Assembly: GCA_017499595.2 (NCBI GenBank) | Contig: CM039004.1 | Span: 62,001 to 126,000 of the forward strand | Direction: 5' to 3' | Origin: Psilocybe cubensis | Taxonomy: Eukaryota | DNA: 64,000 bases | Shown here: positions 35,791-47,095 of the stretch, one piece after another | Position numbering within the stretch: position 1 is the stretch's first letter | How the letters are laid out: the number at the start of each line of letters is the position of its first letter | Notes under the pieces: model-generated | The model's input: the letters and a program-made list of their open reading frames with translations, nothing else | What the model was told of the DNA's origin: nothing | Database searches by the model: none | Program-made: the position numbers and the translations under genes

Positions 35791-38589
35791 CCCAACGCGC
35801 TGTGCATCACTCCAGAAAGGACAAAACGTGAGCAAGAGTGCAATGCCAGCTGCATATGTAACTTACAAGTGCTTGCAGTTCGTTACGTTGCTCCCGTGGC
35901 CCCGCCTGTGTCGTTGATCTTAAAGAAGGAATGCCTTCCCAACAAGGCGCATTGTGTACAATGAGACGATTCGTCAAGTCGGGATCGTGTTTTGTTGCCA
36001 GAGCTGGCACCCCGGCATCAGCTAGTATACAAACGAAGGTAAGTGAGCAAAAAAGAGAAAGGGTCTTACTCACATGACACTGTTGTCCAAGATCTTTCCC
36101 GCGGTTTGAACTCTCATCGCAGCGCCGCCGTCTCGAGCCCAAGGTGCAATTGGCTGGTAACAACACAAGGGCGAAGCGAGGGATTGGAGGATGTTGGAAG
36201 GATGGGAAAAGAATGGTGAGTAACAGGGTGCAGTGCATGCTGTTTGAATGACTGACCCCCCTCCAGTGGTTGTGCACCACCCTCCCCATCCAAGTCGTTT
36301 GGAGTTGAGAGAGGACGTGGATGCTGGTGCGTTGTTTGATGCAGAGGTGACTCCGTAACGGTGAGTGGCACCCACCCAACAACGCGCTGCTACTCACTCC
36401 ACTTCTCGCTGCACAGACAAGGCGTGATTTCCGTGAGTCAGGGCTCCTATGATACGCAGACCGCTGACGACGCACCTTGACAGGATGTCCTTTAGACCCA
36501 TCCACCATGACAACTGACAGCGTGTGGGGTTGATACGAAGGTTGCTGGAAATGTTCAAGACAGTGTTGACACGTCAAATGATGGTAAGTAGCAGAATAAT
36601 AACTGTCATAGTCTTTACTGACATACCTTGGAAGTGGATTCCCCACCCGCCTCTCTCACCGCAAGTTGGATCGACCGGACTATGGGGGACAAAACATGTG
36701 TCCTAAATCCGCTCCTGATGTCTGTGCCACGGTGAGTGTTGAGAGCAAGTGACGGTGTGAGCTGGTTGATAAGAGACTTGCTGGACAAGTTGAGAACAAC
36801 GACGATGACGGTAAGCAACTGCATGATGACTGGCATAAGCTATACTGACACACCTTGAATGTGAATGCTCCATCCGTGATGTTCCCTGCTAGTTGGATCC
36901 ACCGGGTTACAAGGGAAAAAATACAATCTTAACGACATCCCGCACCTCTGCCACGGTGCGTTGAAGGAAACTGACGGCGGGTGGTTATTGATCTGATGCT
37001 GGCTGGATAGAGTGGCAACACAATGAAGACGGTAAGCAGCTGCCCGATAACTGTCATGAAATTTACTGAAGCGCACCCTCCAGTTCTCCATCGAGTTCTG
37101 AGACTACCATGACGGGATTGATGCAATGATAGGGGTAGACTGCGATGGTAAGTTGCAACCGCTCATCGACGGACAGATGCTAACGTCTGAAGGCGTTGTC
37201 AAAGTGGATACGATGCGCGGAACTGCGGAGGATGCTAGGCGGTGGAGAGTGTTGACGCTGAGCGGGAGGGTTGATGAGTATTGGGCGGGAATAGTGATAT
37301 AGGAGGGGCACATTGAAGGGACTGGAGACACAATGAGCAACGGTAAGCATCACAGTGAGCATGATTGACGCACCTTGGAAGTGCACCGATGCTATCCCGC
37401 TTCCACAGATGTCGAGTCAACGACGCGCCAACGCCGACGCTTGCTTGTCGCTGCGCAGAGAGGCAAGTCGGGCCCTACACGACGTGCCGGATAAGTGAGG
37501 ATGGAAGGGGGAATGCATGGCAAGTGAAAGGAGAGGAGATAGCGGTATTAAAAAAAGAGGAGGCAGGTGTAAAAGAACCGAACTACGACTCAACAATCTC
37601 GATGAATTGGGTGAAAATGCTGAGCGTGTTGAGGAAGAGGTCGGCAGCAATTGCGGTGATTCGAGCCGCCTCCTTCGTCGATGAGTATTGGTAGTGGCGG
37701 TAAGATGTTATGAGATGAGGTAATGAAAAAAGAACAATGGAGGAAAAGACGCACTTTTCTGTCTGAGCATGTTGGTGTGATAACCGCATTATGATTAATG
37801 AAAATCCCAATGCGCATAATCGTGAGGTGCAAACCCAGGCATCTTCTCCACCGAGAGCCTTTGCAATATCAACAATTTTGCCTGTACATCCCGCAAATAT
37901 CCATTAATATTGCACAAATCCACACACAGCCTTGGAAGCAGCGACAGTGGCACGTACATTGTCAAATCGTTCGCGCTATGATACGGCCCATCCGACCAGG
38001 GAGTGGGGCATGGTTTGGGTCATGAAGGGGAGCAGGCATCAGCGGGTGGTGTTGCGCAATACATCCCTCGCACGCTATTCCAACGACAAACTCAACGGTA
38101 GGCTGGGTAAATTAAGAGGTGCGAAAGTGAGGAAGAGTTCATGTGACGTTTGAGGTGCATCAATACCTTATTTCATTTTGTTCAAAATCATCCATTGAAA
38201 ACAAAGAAACGAGGGCGCATCCAGCTGGACACGGAATACAAAAAAAAAAAAAAAAAAGAAAGACAAAAAAAAGACACACAGGCGGCGCACTAACCAACAA
38301 CACCCGACTCCTCCTCACCAACACATCGTAGATCTCCTCAAACGACATCTGGTTCGCCTCCCCTCCTGCTCCTATACCTGTATCCGCACCCTCGGCAGAT
38401 GTGGAAGAGGCAGAGGAAGGCGCAGGAGCACGTACAAACCCAATTTTGAGCGTGATAGTCCCCTGCGACGGTGTTGACGTGCGTGTCGAAACAAGCGGGA
38501 TCGTAAATGGCTACATTCCCCCAAAAAAAGATGAAAAAAAGAAAGAAAGAAAGAAAAAGAGTCAAAGAGATTCAGAAATAAAGAAGAAG

Positions 38590-39510
38590 TGACGTACGAC
38601 GTTCCCTTCCTCGTCAAACCCAAACGCCCTCTTCCACCCTGCCCCCCTGCGCAACACCAACACAAAACCACTCCCCCACACCAACAGCCACCTCCCCCAA
38701 ATACTCCTTCCCAACCAAATGCTGATCCCACACAACACCCTCCACACTCCCCATGCCTACTCTGTGGCAACGCTCATGTAGGGAGGCAGGTCGAAGGTTG
38801 ATTGAGGGGCGGGGAAGGTGGGTGAGGTTGTGCGTTTGATTGTGGGTGTTGCGTGTTTGTTGATTGATTTGGATTTGGATGGTTTGGAGGGCGAGGGCGA
38901 GGGTTGGGAGGTTGGGAGGGAGAGGAGGACGAAGCTGGATTTGACAATGTTAGTTGAGCGGTTGAAATGAGAATGGGAATGTAGTGGAAATAGAGCAGCA
39001 ATGTTTCAACCACCCTCCACCCGCTCAAACCCACCCCAAAAGACGAAAACACATAAAATTAAAAAGCAAAAAGAAAGAGAAAGAGACATTCACAAATCAC
39101 TGCTCGTCCCGCCCCGATCCTTGCCCAACAAATTATCACACCCAACAACTCTAACACGGAGAAGCACAATCGGGGTCGTTTGGGTGCTCGGGGTGGTGGT
39201 GTTTGGGCTCGAGGGTGCGGTTAAAGCTGTTGTGTTTGGGCTTGAAGTGGTGGTGGCGGTGGTGGTACCATGATACCCTGGCGTAGGTGTACTCGTCATA
39301 GGCGGTGTGAAACCCAACCCATCCGCATCTCCATCTCCATCCGTATCTGTTGCCGTCGTCGTCGTTGATGTTGTAGAGGACGCTGAGGCGATGGATGTGG
39401 TGGATATTGTTGAGCCGGATGTGTCTGAGTGGTGTAGTGGTGGGCGGGGGGAGCAGTGTTGCGTGTGGTGTTGCGGTTGGTTGGGGTTAGGTGGTGTGTT
39501 GGACATGATG
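38590..39510 (-). pseudogene. PSD2: N-terminal C2-domain fragment resembling phosphatidylserine decarboxylase 2, frameshifted
   Basis: PIVLLRVRVVGCDNLLGKDRGGTSSD, an intron, FVLLSL...HATPTIKRTTSPTF..STFDLP, then in a shifted frame VVWDQHLVGKEYLGEVAV..W and FGFDE. No catalytic domain follows. Confidence 0.65.
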
Positions 39511-39744
39511 TGTGTCAGAGGGTGTGCTTGTCATTGTTTGCGACGATGACGTGGTTGTGGTTGTGGTTGTGGACAACGAGCAATGTGGCAGATACGAGTG
39601 AGACTGTAAATGTGGCGGTGTTGTCGATGGCGCCGTCAATGTCAAGTCGAAGCTAAAGCCAAAGTTAAAGTGGTGGTGGTAGTGACGGTTCAAATGTGAC
39701 AAACAGTGACAAAGGTGTTTATGGCACAATGAAAGGCTGCGGCA

Positions 39745-40375
39745 CGGGGGTGACGGCGCAATGACACGCAGCAGAATGCATGTCGTGGTGGACGGCGAGT
39801 GGACGCGACGGCGGGACGGCAGCCGGCGAGGGAAGACGGCGCGGCGGCAGCAACAGGTGTTGAGTGGAGGCGGCAGCAGCAGCAGCGGCCCGGAGGTGGC
39901 AGCGCGACGACACGCAGCGGCGAGCGAAGGCGTCGGGCAGGTGGCGAGCACAAGTGTCGGGATGGCAAGCGCAAGCGTCGGGAACAGGCAGGAGGCCGGC
40001 CTCCACTTGCACGTACGACGCGCATACAAATCGAGGCTGGCCTCAGGTGGCCTCGACGCGTTTATTTTAAGACGGAGGCCGGCCTCCAGTGCCTGTCAAA
40101 ATTTATTTTTAGTCGGAGGCCGGCCTCCAGTGCCTGTCAAAAGTTATTTTTAGACGGAGGCCGGCCTCCAGTGGCCTCCATCAATTTGGAGGCCGGCCTC
40201 CATAAATTACATATTTAATTATGTAGCACCTCCGTATGTACAAAATAAATTATTTTAAAAGTGGATTTGGGGGTTTTCGGGGTTGAGGAATCCGAATCTG
40301 GCATCAGATTTCCAGAATTCTAAACAGGAGGCGCAATGCAACGAAGGCCCCCCCTTTGGGGGGGAATAAGCTTAG
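39745..40375 (+). mobile_element. Element X terminal block, copy X3 (more diverged; left boundary approximate)
   Basis: Five GGAGGCCGGCCTCC palindromes, hairpin and AATAAGCTTAG end, joined to the terminal repeat of PLE C. Confidence 0.8.
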
Positions 40376-40910
40376 CTAACTAAGTCTAACCTTAGTAGGA
40401 AGTAAGGTAGGCGTGTGAACTTCCGAACGGCATGTGATTGTGAAGGGCCGGATCTAATTTAGTACATGGGAAAAGTTACTTAGTACTTCGGGAAAAGTTC
40501 CTTAGTACCGTGGAAACATTTTTGATGGACCGGATCATGAACTGTCCAATTAAGATTCACAACAATCAATCAACTGATTGTTAGGTAAGGACCCAGGTAA
40601 GCTATTTATACTCTAGACATGTGAATATTCCCATGTCACGGTTACTCGGAGCCACGTAACCAGAGTACGCTATATCCATGTGATTCACATCACAGTCAAT
40701 AACCCACGATGTCAAAAGAACAAAAGTGTTGGATCCACTTTTGACAGGTTACCATGTGCCACATCGACCCGTGACACTCTGTTCATCAGAAACCTGTCTA
40801 ACTTGACAATAAACATTGACAGATTTGTGATAGTTGGTAAGATACATGACAGCTGCGCAGCATCACTTCACGCGCTGTCATCGGATGTCTAGAACATTCC
40901 TTCTAAGAAT

Positions 40911-40974
40911 AGCCACTGAAGAGTCTATAAAGACAAAAGGGCTGGTTGTGAACAACAGTTCACAGTCCTCTGGC
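40911..40974 (+). ncRNA. Hammerhead ribozyme, mutated core (GAAA to AAAA)
   Basis: AGCCA CTGAAGA GTCT-ATAA-AGAC AAAA GGGCTG...CAGTCC TC TGGC. Confidence 0.8.
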
Positions 40975-41081
40975 CTTCTTTCCATTTAACTCACAGTTTA
41001 AACAAGTCGCTCGCACCTCGCTTCGCTCGGTGCTCGCTCCCACCCTAAACCCCTCAACTTTGCTATTACCCAACAGCTACT

Positions 41082-42237
41082 ATGTCTTCCACCTACTCTG
41101 CTGCATTCTCTCGTGCCATGTCCCCCACCCTGGACGCACTCACCCAGGCTGTCGTCAACAATACAGTCTTTGGCGTCAACGACGAAGCTGGCCGCCACAA
41201 CGCCCTCATCGACGAGTTAGCCACTGTCGTCATCAAAAAAATAGCTGAGTGCCGCTCCATTGACCAGATCATAGACTGCGTCTTTTTTGACTATTGTGCT
41301 GCCCTTAGGGAGTTTCTCCTCAACCTCGCATCGTGGTGCGACAAGAGGGAAACAGTCAAGGCAAGCCTCGAGCGCCTTGAACTTGCCGTCAGTGCAGGCA
41401 ACACCCCCAATCGCCTTCGGGTGAAGGCTCCCGAGTTCCAACTCACGAAGGAATTCGCGGATGCCGGGTCAGCGGAGGCTCTTCGAGTCTCCTCTACGTT
41501 CTCCACCACTCGTGACGTCTTCCAAAAGGCGATCAACGACGGCGCCATCCAGGCGAAAAAGGACGAACTGGCCTTTTGGGATGATAAATGCGCACTCAAT
41601 AACTGTTATGAAGCTGCTGCCCTCATTGTTAAGACAACTTACGATGATCGCAAATCCAGCTATAAGCTCCCCGTTTTCTCTACAGACAACAAGGGAGTTC
41701 GTCGAATAACAGATTGGGTAGTGTCACCGCAGAAGAAGGCTGAATGCAGCGCATTGCAAACTATTTTGCCAGCCATCTTCTCTCATATCAAACAGATTGT
41801 CAACTTGCGCCACCGCGCTTTGGCAATCAAGATTGAGAAAAAGCGGTCGACTGCGGCAACAGCCGATGTCGAGATGGCCGACGCGACCAAACCAGGTCCG
41901 TCGATTCAATCCCTTATTGATAAGGGCTTGAATGCACGTCTCAAAAAGCTCAACCTTGGATCTGTGGGCAAGAAGGCAAGTTTTCGTAACCCTTCACCCA
42001 TAATTTTGGATACTAATTACTACTCTAATTATCCAGACTTTGTCTGGCCAGAATTCGTCCAAGGCTCCTCAACCTCAGGCCAAGAAAGCTGGCCCTTCAA
42101 AATTCAAACCCTTGTCGACACCTTCGCAGAAGAAGCCCCAAACCAAGGTTTCCAACAAGGTCGACAACAAGAAGAAAGGGAAGAGGAGAGCTCCCGTCAA
42201 GAACAATCCAAAGGGAAAGGGAGAGGCAAGAGCCTAG
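41082..42237 (+). CDS. PLE ORF1 (predicted 364 aa if the GC-AG intron 41976-42036 is spliced), with a basic C-terminal tail
   Basis: ATG 41082, AAG|GCAAGT donor, CTAAT branch, CCAG acceptor. Exon 2 reads TLSGQNSSK...KKKGKRRAPVK...ARA*. The stop position is conserved in copy B (TAA 2727-2729). Confidence 0.65.
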
Positions 42238-44609
42238 ACGCGCGGTCTAATGTAGTATCACTTACGTCGGTAAGACCCGCCTTCCCCAACTCTATTCCTG
42301 ACGATATACTCACCATGACTAAAACAGACGCAGTTTCTTTCGTACACTTACATACTCCAATATCATTCTTGTTGGCTGGCCAGTATCGTAGTAGTGTACA
42401 TTGTAGTCCTGGTGTTTCTGTCCCTGTTAATGTAGCAAACGATCTCTCTCTCGGACTTAATTATATGTTTTTCACTCTGCCTTCTAAAAGTCTGATCATG
42501 CAAGCATGGAATGATTTTCAACGAAGAATAAGATGGCGTATCTATTTTTTGTTTAAAGAAGGCATGAATAAACCTTTTGATCCAGATTATGGAGTAAGTT
42601 CTAAGAAAAAAGAAAAACCTCCTGTATTACCGCAATTTATGGAACTTGGCCTTTCGATGGGACGTCGGTACGTGCAACGCACGATCGCAAGTATCCCGGA
42701 AGAAGCCCTTACGGAGATGCGAAAGCACGCGTTCTCTCCTAAAAGGGACAAGATCTGTAAGTTTCTTATCGATAACAACTATGTTATTACGATGACAGAT
42801 AAGAATCTTGGCCTCGCGGTGTCTGAACGCGACTGGATACTAAGGAATGAGCTCAATCTTCTTGAAGATGAATGTAACTATGAAGAGTTAGAATTCGAAG
42901 TTGCGCAAGAAGTTATGAAGAGCAAAATGATTCAGATGCAAACTCTCGCACGTACCGTCGAAGATGAACATCTGTTTCTATTTGAACTTGGGTTATCTCG
43001 ATTCTTTCTATCGAATGTACCGGAAGACGGATCATTGTTCAAGTATCCTCAATTTCATGGTATACCTAAAATCCACAAGAAACCTACTGGATTTAGGCCC
43101 ATAATTCCGTGTCACTCTGTAGTTTTTAATCCTGCAGCCAAGTTTGTATCAAAAGAGCTTAAGCCGATTATTAAATCGACTCCTTCAATCATTCACGGAA
43201 CAAAGGATCTCTTTACGAGATTAAGCCAATTGCGTATAGACTCCAAAAGACAATGGTATTTTGTCACTGGAGATGTAGTTGCTTTCTATCCCAATATCCC
43301 GTTGGACTTGTGCATCGAAATCGTTTGTAGTATGTACGAGGAATGGTTACTCAACACTTCGGAAGAAAATACTGCATTAGCCCATATTAAACCAAATTCG
43401 TTAGAAAATAACTTGATTAAATTGGGCATCTTTAAACGTGCCATCGAGATTGGCAATACGCAATTGATAACACAACATGGGTCTAGATATTTTAGACAAA
43501 AAAATGGCCTCGCAATGGGCGTCGCGGATTCTCCGGACCTTGCTAACCTCTTTGGAGCCCATTTTGAAATAAAGTCAAAAATCTTAGACCACCCGAATGT
43601 GGACTTCTATGGAAGGTACATTGACAATTGTTTCGCAATTGTTTACGCCGAGTCCGAAGCACTTGCACTTAATCTTATTAAAGAAACAATAAAGTTCGAT
43701 GGTTGTGTTATCGAATGGGCTGTTTCCTCGTCGGGATGTCAATTTCTCGATGCTTTTATATTCAAGGAGTCTGGAAAACTTCATTGGAAGCCATTTGTCA
43801 AGACAGGAAACAACCGAGAATGAGTTCCATGGGTATCACATCATCCTTTGGACGTCAAACGTGGCGTCTACATTGGAGAGTTATCCAGGTTAGCCGTGCT
43901 ATGTAGTACCAAGGAAATCTACATCGGAGCAATTAGAGACCTTAACGCTCTCTATTTGATGCGCGGTTATCCCGAAAACCTAGTCATGTCTTGGTGTAAG
44001 AAGAATATACAAGAACGTTGGGAAAAGCGATTTGCTTTACGAGTCGCAGAGCACGACGAATCCATTCTTGTACTTAAAACCAGGTTTGATCAGGTATGGA
44101 ATTGGTTTTCAGCTGCTGAACTTGGAAAGACTATTACCGAGTACTGGTTGGCATGGTATGAACATGCCGAGAAAGGTCTGTATAGTGCAGACTCGTCCAG
44201 ACCCCTTATCAAACCAGATCCAAATTACGTTCACGACCTCGATGATGTCCGCCCGGAGCTGTTCACACAGATCCTCGTGGACGGAGAAACTGAGTTCGTA
44301 CCGGATTTGAGGAAGATAGGACTACTCGGAAGTCGTTGGATAGTATCGCAAAAACGCAATACTAATCTTTTCGACCTTGCAAATGTGTGGAAGAAAACAG
44401 TTTTTTGTAAACTGGATGAAGACATTGCTGAAAAAGGTGGTGTTGTTCCCGAAACTCAAAACGTCAATGAAACTTATCATTCTGCTCTAGTTGAAGCTGC
44501 TGAACAGATAAGTATCGAAAGTGATAACGAGATAATACTTCATAGACGTTCAATCTCACAAGAGAGGGAACATCCAGAATTTGGCAGAATATCCAAATCT
44601 TACAACTGA
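41082..44609 (+). pseudogene. ORF1-RT read-through frame of PLE C, disrupted
   Basis: Single frame from 41082. Relative to copy B it has CGA to TGA at 43821-43823 and catalytic YIDD changed to YIDN. Confidence 0.88.
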
Positions 44610-44646
44610 TGAAAAGAATACTAGCGCGTAAGGCGTAAAGCATTAG

Positions 44647-44786
44647 AAAAAAACCCTAACCTTAAGTATTCCTTGCTATAAAGTAACAAACATCTACTTA
44701 CAAGCAACACATTGGATTAAATAGCTAAACCTAAACCTAAACCCTAAACCCTAAACCCTAAGCCCTAACCTAACCCCAACCCTAAG
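44647..44786 (+). repeat. Internal telomere-like tract of element C; the putative intron 44662-44724 has a mutated donor (TTAAGT)
   Basis: Homologous to 5140-5279. Confidence 0.78.
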
Positions 44787-45321
44787 CTAACTAAGTCTAA
44801 CCTTAGTAGGAAGTAAGGTAGGCGTGTGAACTTCCGAACGGCATGTGATTGTGAAGGGCCGGATCTAATTTAGTACATGGGAAAAGTTACTTAGTACTTC
44901 GGGAAAAGTTCCTTAGTACCGTGGAAACATTTTTGATGGACCGGATCATGAACTGTCCAATTAAGATTCACAACAATCAATCAACTGATTGTTAGGTAAA
45001 GACCCAGGTAAGCTATTTATACTCTAGACATGTGAATATTCCCATGTCGTGGTTACTCGGAGCCACGTAACCAGAGTACGCTATATCCATGTGATTCACA
45101 TCACAGTCAATAACCCACAATGTCAAAAGAACAAAAGTGTTGGATCCACTTTTGACAGGTTACCATGTGCCACATTGACCCGTGACACTCTGTTCATCAG
45201 AAACCTGTCTAACTTGACAATAAACATTGACAGATTTGTGATAGTTGGTAAGATACATGACAGCTGCGCAGCATCACTTCACGCGCTGTCATCGGATGTC
45301 TAGAACATTCCTTCTAAGAAT

Positions 45322-45385
45322 AGCCACTGAAGAGTCTATAAAGACAAAAGGGCTGGTTGTGAACAACAGTTCACAGTCCTCTGGC
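45322..45385 (+). ncRNA. Hammerhead ribozyme, mutated core (GAAA to AAAA)
   Basis: Same sequence as 40911-40974. Confidence 0.8.
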
Positions 45386-45453
45386 CTTCTTTCCATTTAA
45401 CTCACAGTTTAAACAAGTTGCTCGCACCTCGCTTCGCTTGGTGCTCGCTCCCA

Positions 45454-45490
45454 CCCTAAACCCTAAACCCTAAACCCTAAACCCTAAACC
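45454..45490 (+). repeat. Buried telomere (CCCTAAA)5CC; probable healed break
   Basis: Perfect repeats abut the predicted third exon of the minus-strand zinc-finger gene. Confidence 0.9.
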
Positions 45491-47024
45491 TTGTTGGACG
45501 ACATATTGCTTCTACCGTGTGGGGTTAATATCAGCGTTGTTTTAATGGAAATAAACTCACGATTGATTGAACTGAGCAATATTATGTGTCATCCCGAACG
45601 TATGGTGTTCGTTCACCAGTAGCTGTACACTGGCCAGTGTGCGATGGGCTGCGAGCTGGAGTTGTTTGCCCCATGGCTCGGTCTTGGCGTCTGGTAGCCT
45701 AGTAACCTCCTGGATGTCGACAGGGGTCAACCCTTTCACTGCGTCAAGCCATCCTTCGCGGAAGAGAAACAAGGACAGATTTTGCGGGTCCTCAATGTTT
45801 TGGATGGGCAACTGTGTGTAATCGGGTGGAGGCGGCATTGTTGTTCCAAAAACAGTCGAGTATGCAAAGGGAATGTCCTGGCAAAGTGAGAGGCAAGAGG
45901 TGTCCACTGGAAAATACCGCTTGCTTGGGCCTTTTGTAAGTATCTGCCCGTACATCGTGTAGCAAGCGCGCTGCGTGATAGGCACTTGGCAACGCTGCCC
46001 GTTAGACTGGTGACCCTGCAGGCTCAACAACGAGTTGTAGCCACGGTGGCATTTGGAACAAAAATGGAGCTGATCAGCCTCGATAGGAATCCCAAAAATC
46101 AGACGGATTGGTCCAGCGCTGTAGGCTATCTCAGCCAGCGACACAATCCCGTATTTCCGCCGAAGATCTTCGAGCAATGTGGGGCCTGGTGTATAGTGTG
46201 CATTGTGCTGCTTGACGTGTGCGCACACCAACGCCGGCTCAATCGCTTCCTTACATTCTATGCAGATAACAATCTTGAGAAAAGTGTTGATAACAATTCC
46301 AAGGGCCGGAAGATTGTGCGTGTCGTCGTAGATCATTGTGTGGTCATCGGGTACAATGTCGTAGAGCGAAACATCTACTTCCATCGCAGTGGTGGGCGTG
46401 GCGCAAATAGGCGGTGGCTGATGCATGCCCGGAGGTGGCGGTGTCATCCTCTGCGCAGATACGTTGCGCAGTGGTGCAGGAGAAACGGGCCCAGGTATCA
46501 TCGTTGGGGGCGATCCTGGGCTCGAGACCAACGGACGCGGCGACCCCTGGCTGCTGATAGCGCGCGGGCCAAGAAACGTGCGCGTAGATGGCCAACTTGC
46601 CGCAGGGGTTACCGGCGCAGGAATCATTGTTGGGGGCGATCCTGCCCTCGAGCCCAAGGGACGCGGCGACACTTGCCTGCTGGGAGCGTGCGGGATAAGA
46701 AACAAGCGCGTAGATGGCTGATGAAGCTGTGAAGCGGAAGGTGCGGCTCTTGTAGGAGGTGCAGCTCCCCAAGATGGGCGAGGGAGCTGTGATGAAAACA
46801 TGGGCGCCGGCGACGGTGGAGATAATGATCGCTCGTTGTCTGAGGTCTGCTGGGAAACCTCCAACGATGGTTCTGCGTGTGAATCAGCAAAGTGCCGCTG
46901 TAGTATGGATTTAGCATGAAATATCAAAACACATCGGAAACTAGCTCACCTGTAAACTGTAGGGCGTACTGTACGCCTTGCGGCAGTGTGTGCATGGAAA
47001 TTTCATGTCGGCGTTGCGTGGCAT
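45491..47024 (-). pseudogene. N-terminus of a probable telomere-linked RecQ-helicase (TLH)-type gene (C2H2 finger plus DUF3505/OrsD-like domain), 3'-truncated
   Basis: Exons 47024-46950, 46897-45561 and 45511-45491. Motifs CTHC..AYSTPYSLQ|RHFADSH and IVICIECKEAI..HVKQH...CSKC..Y..LQGH...RYFPV. The helicase domain itself is not in the window, so the family call is inferred. Confidence 0.6.
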
Positions 47025-47095
47025 GACAGTATCGCCTACTGTGACCAATCGCTGGTTGTCTTTTCGCCTTGCACGACCTTCGTGTCCGAGTGGTA

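Larger units (their letters stand above)
40374..45461 (+). mobile_element. Penelope-like element C (same family as B), near full-length with direct terminal repeats 40374-41050 and 44785-45461; inactivated
   Basis: Repeat-ORF1-RT-repeat organisation, ending on a (CCCTAAA)5 tract. Confidence 0.92.

Noticed and set aside
41082-44609. Ascomycete-type RIP as the cause of decay
   Set aside because: The changes I noted are mainly in CpG rather than CpA context and are sparse.
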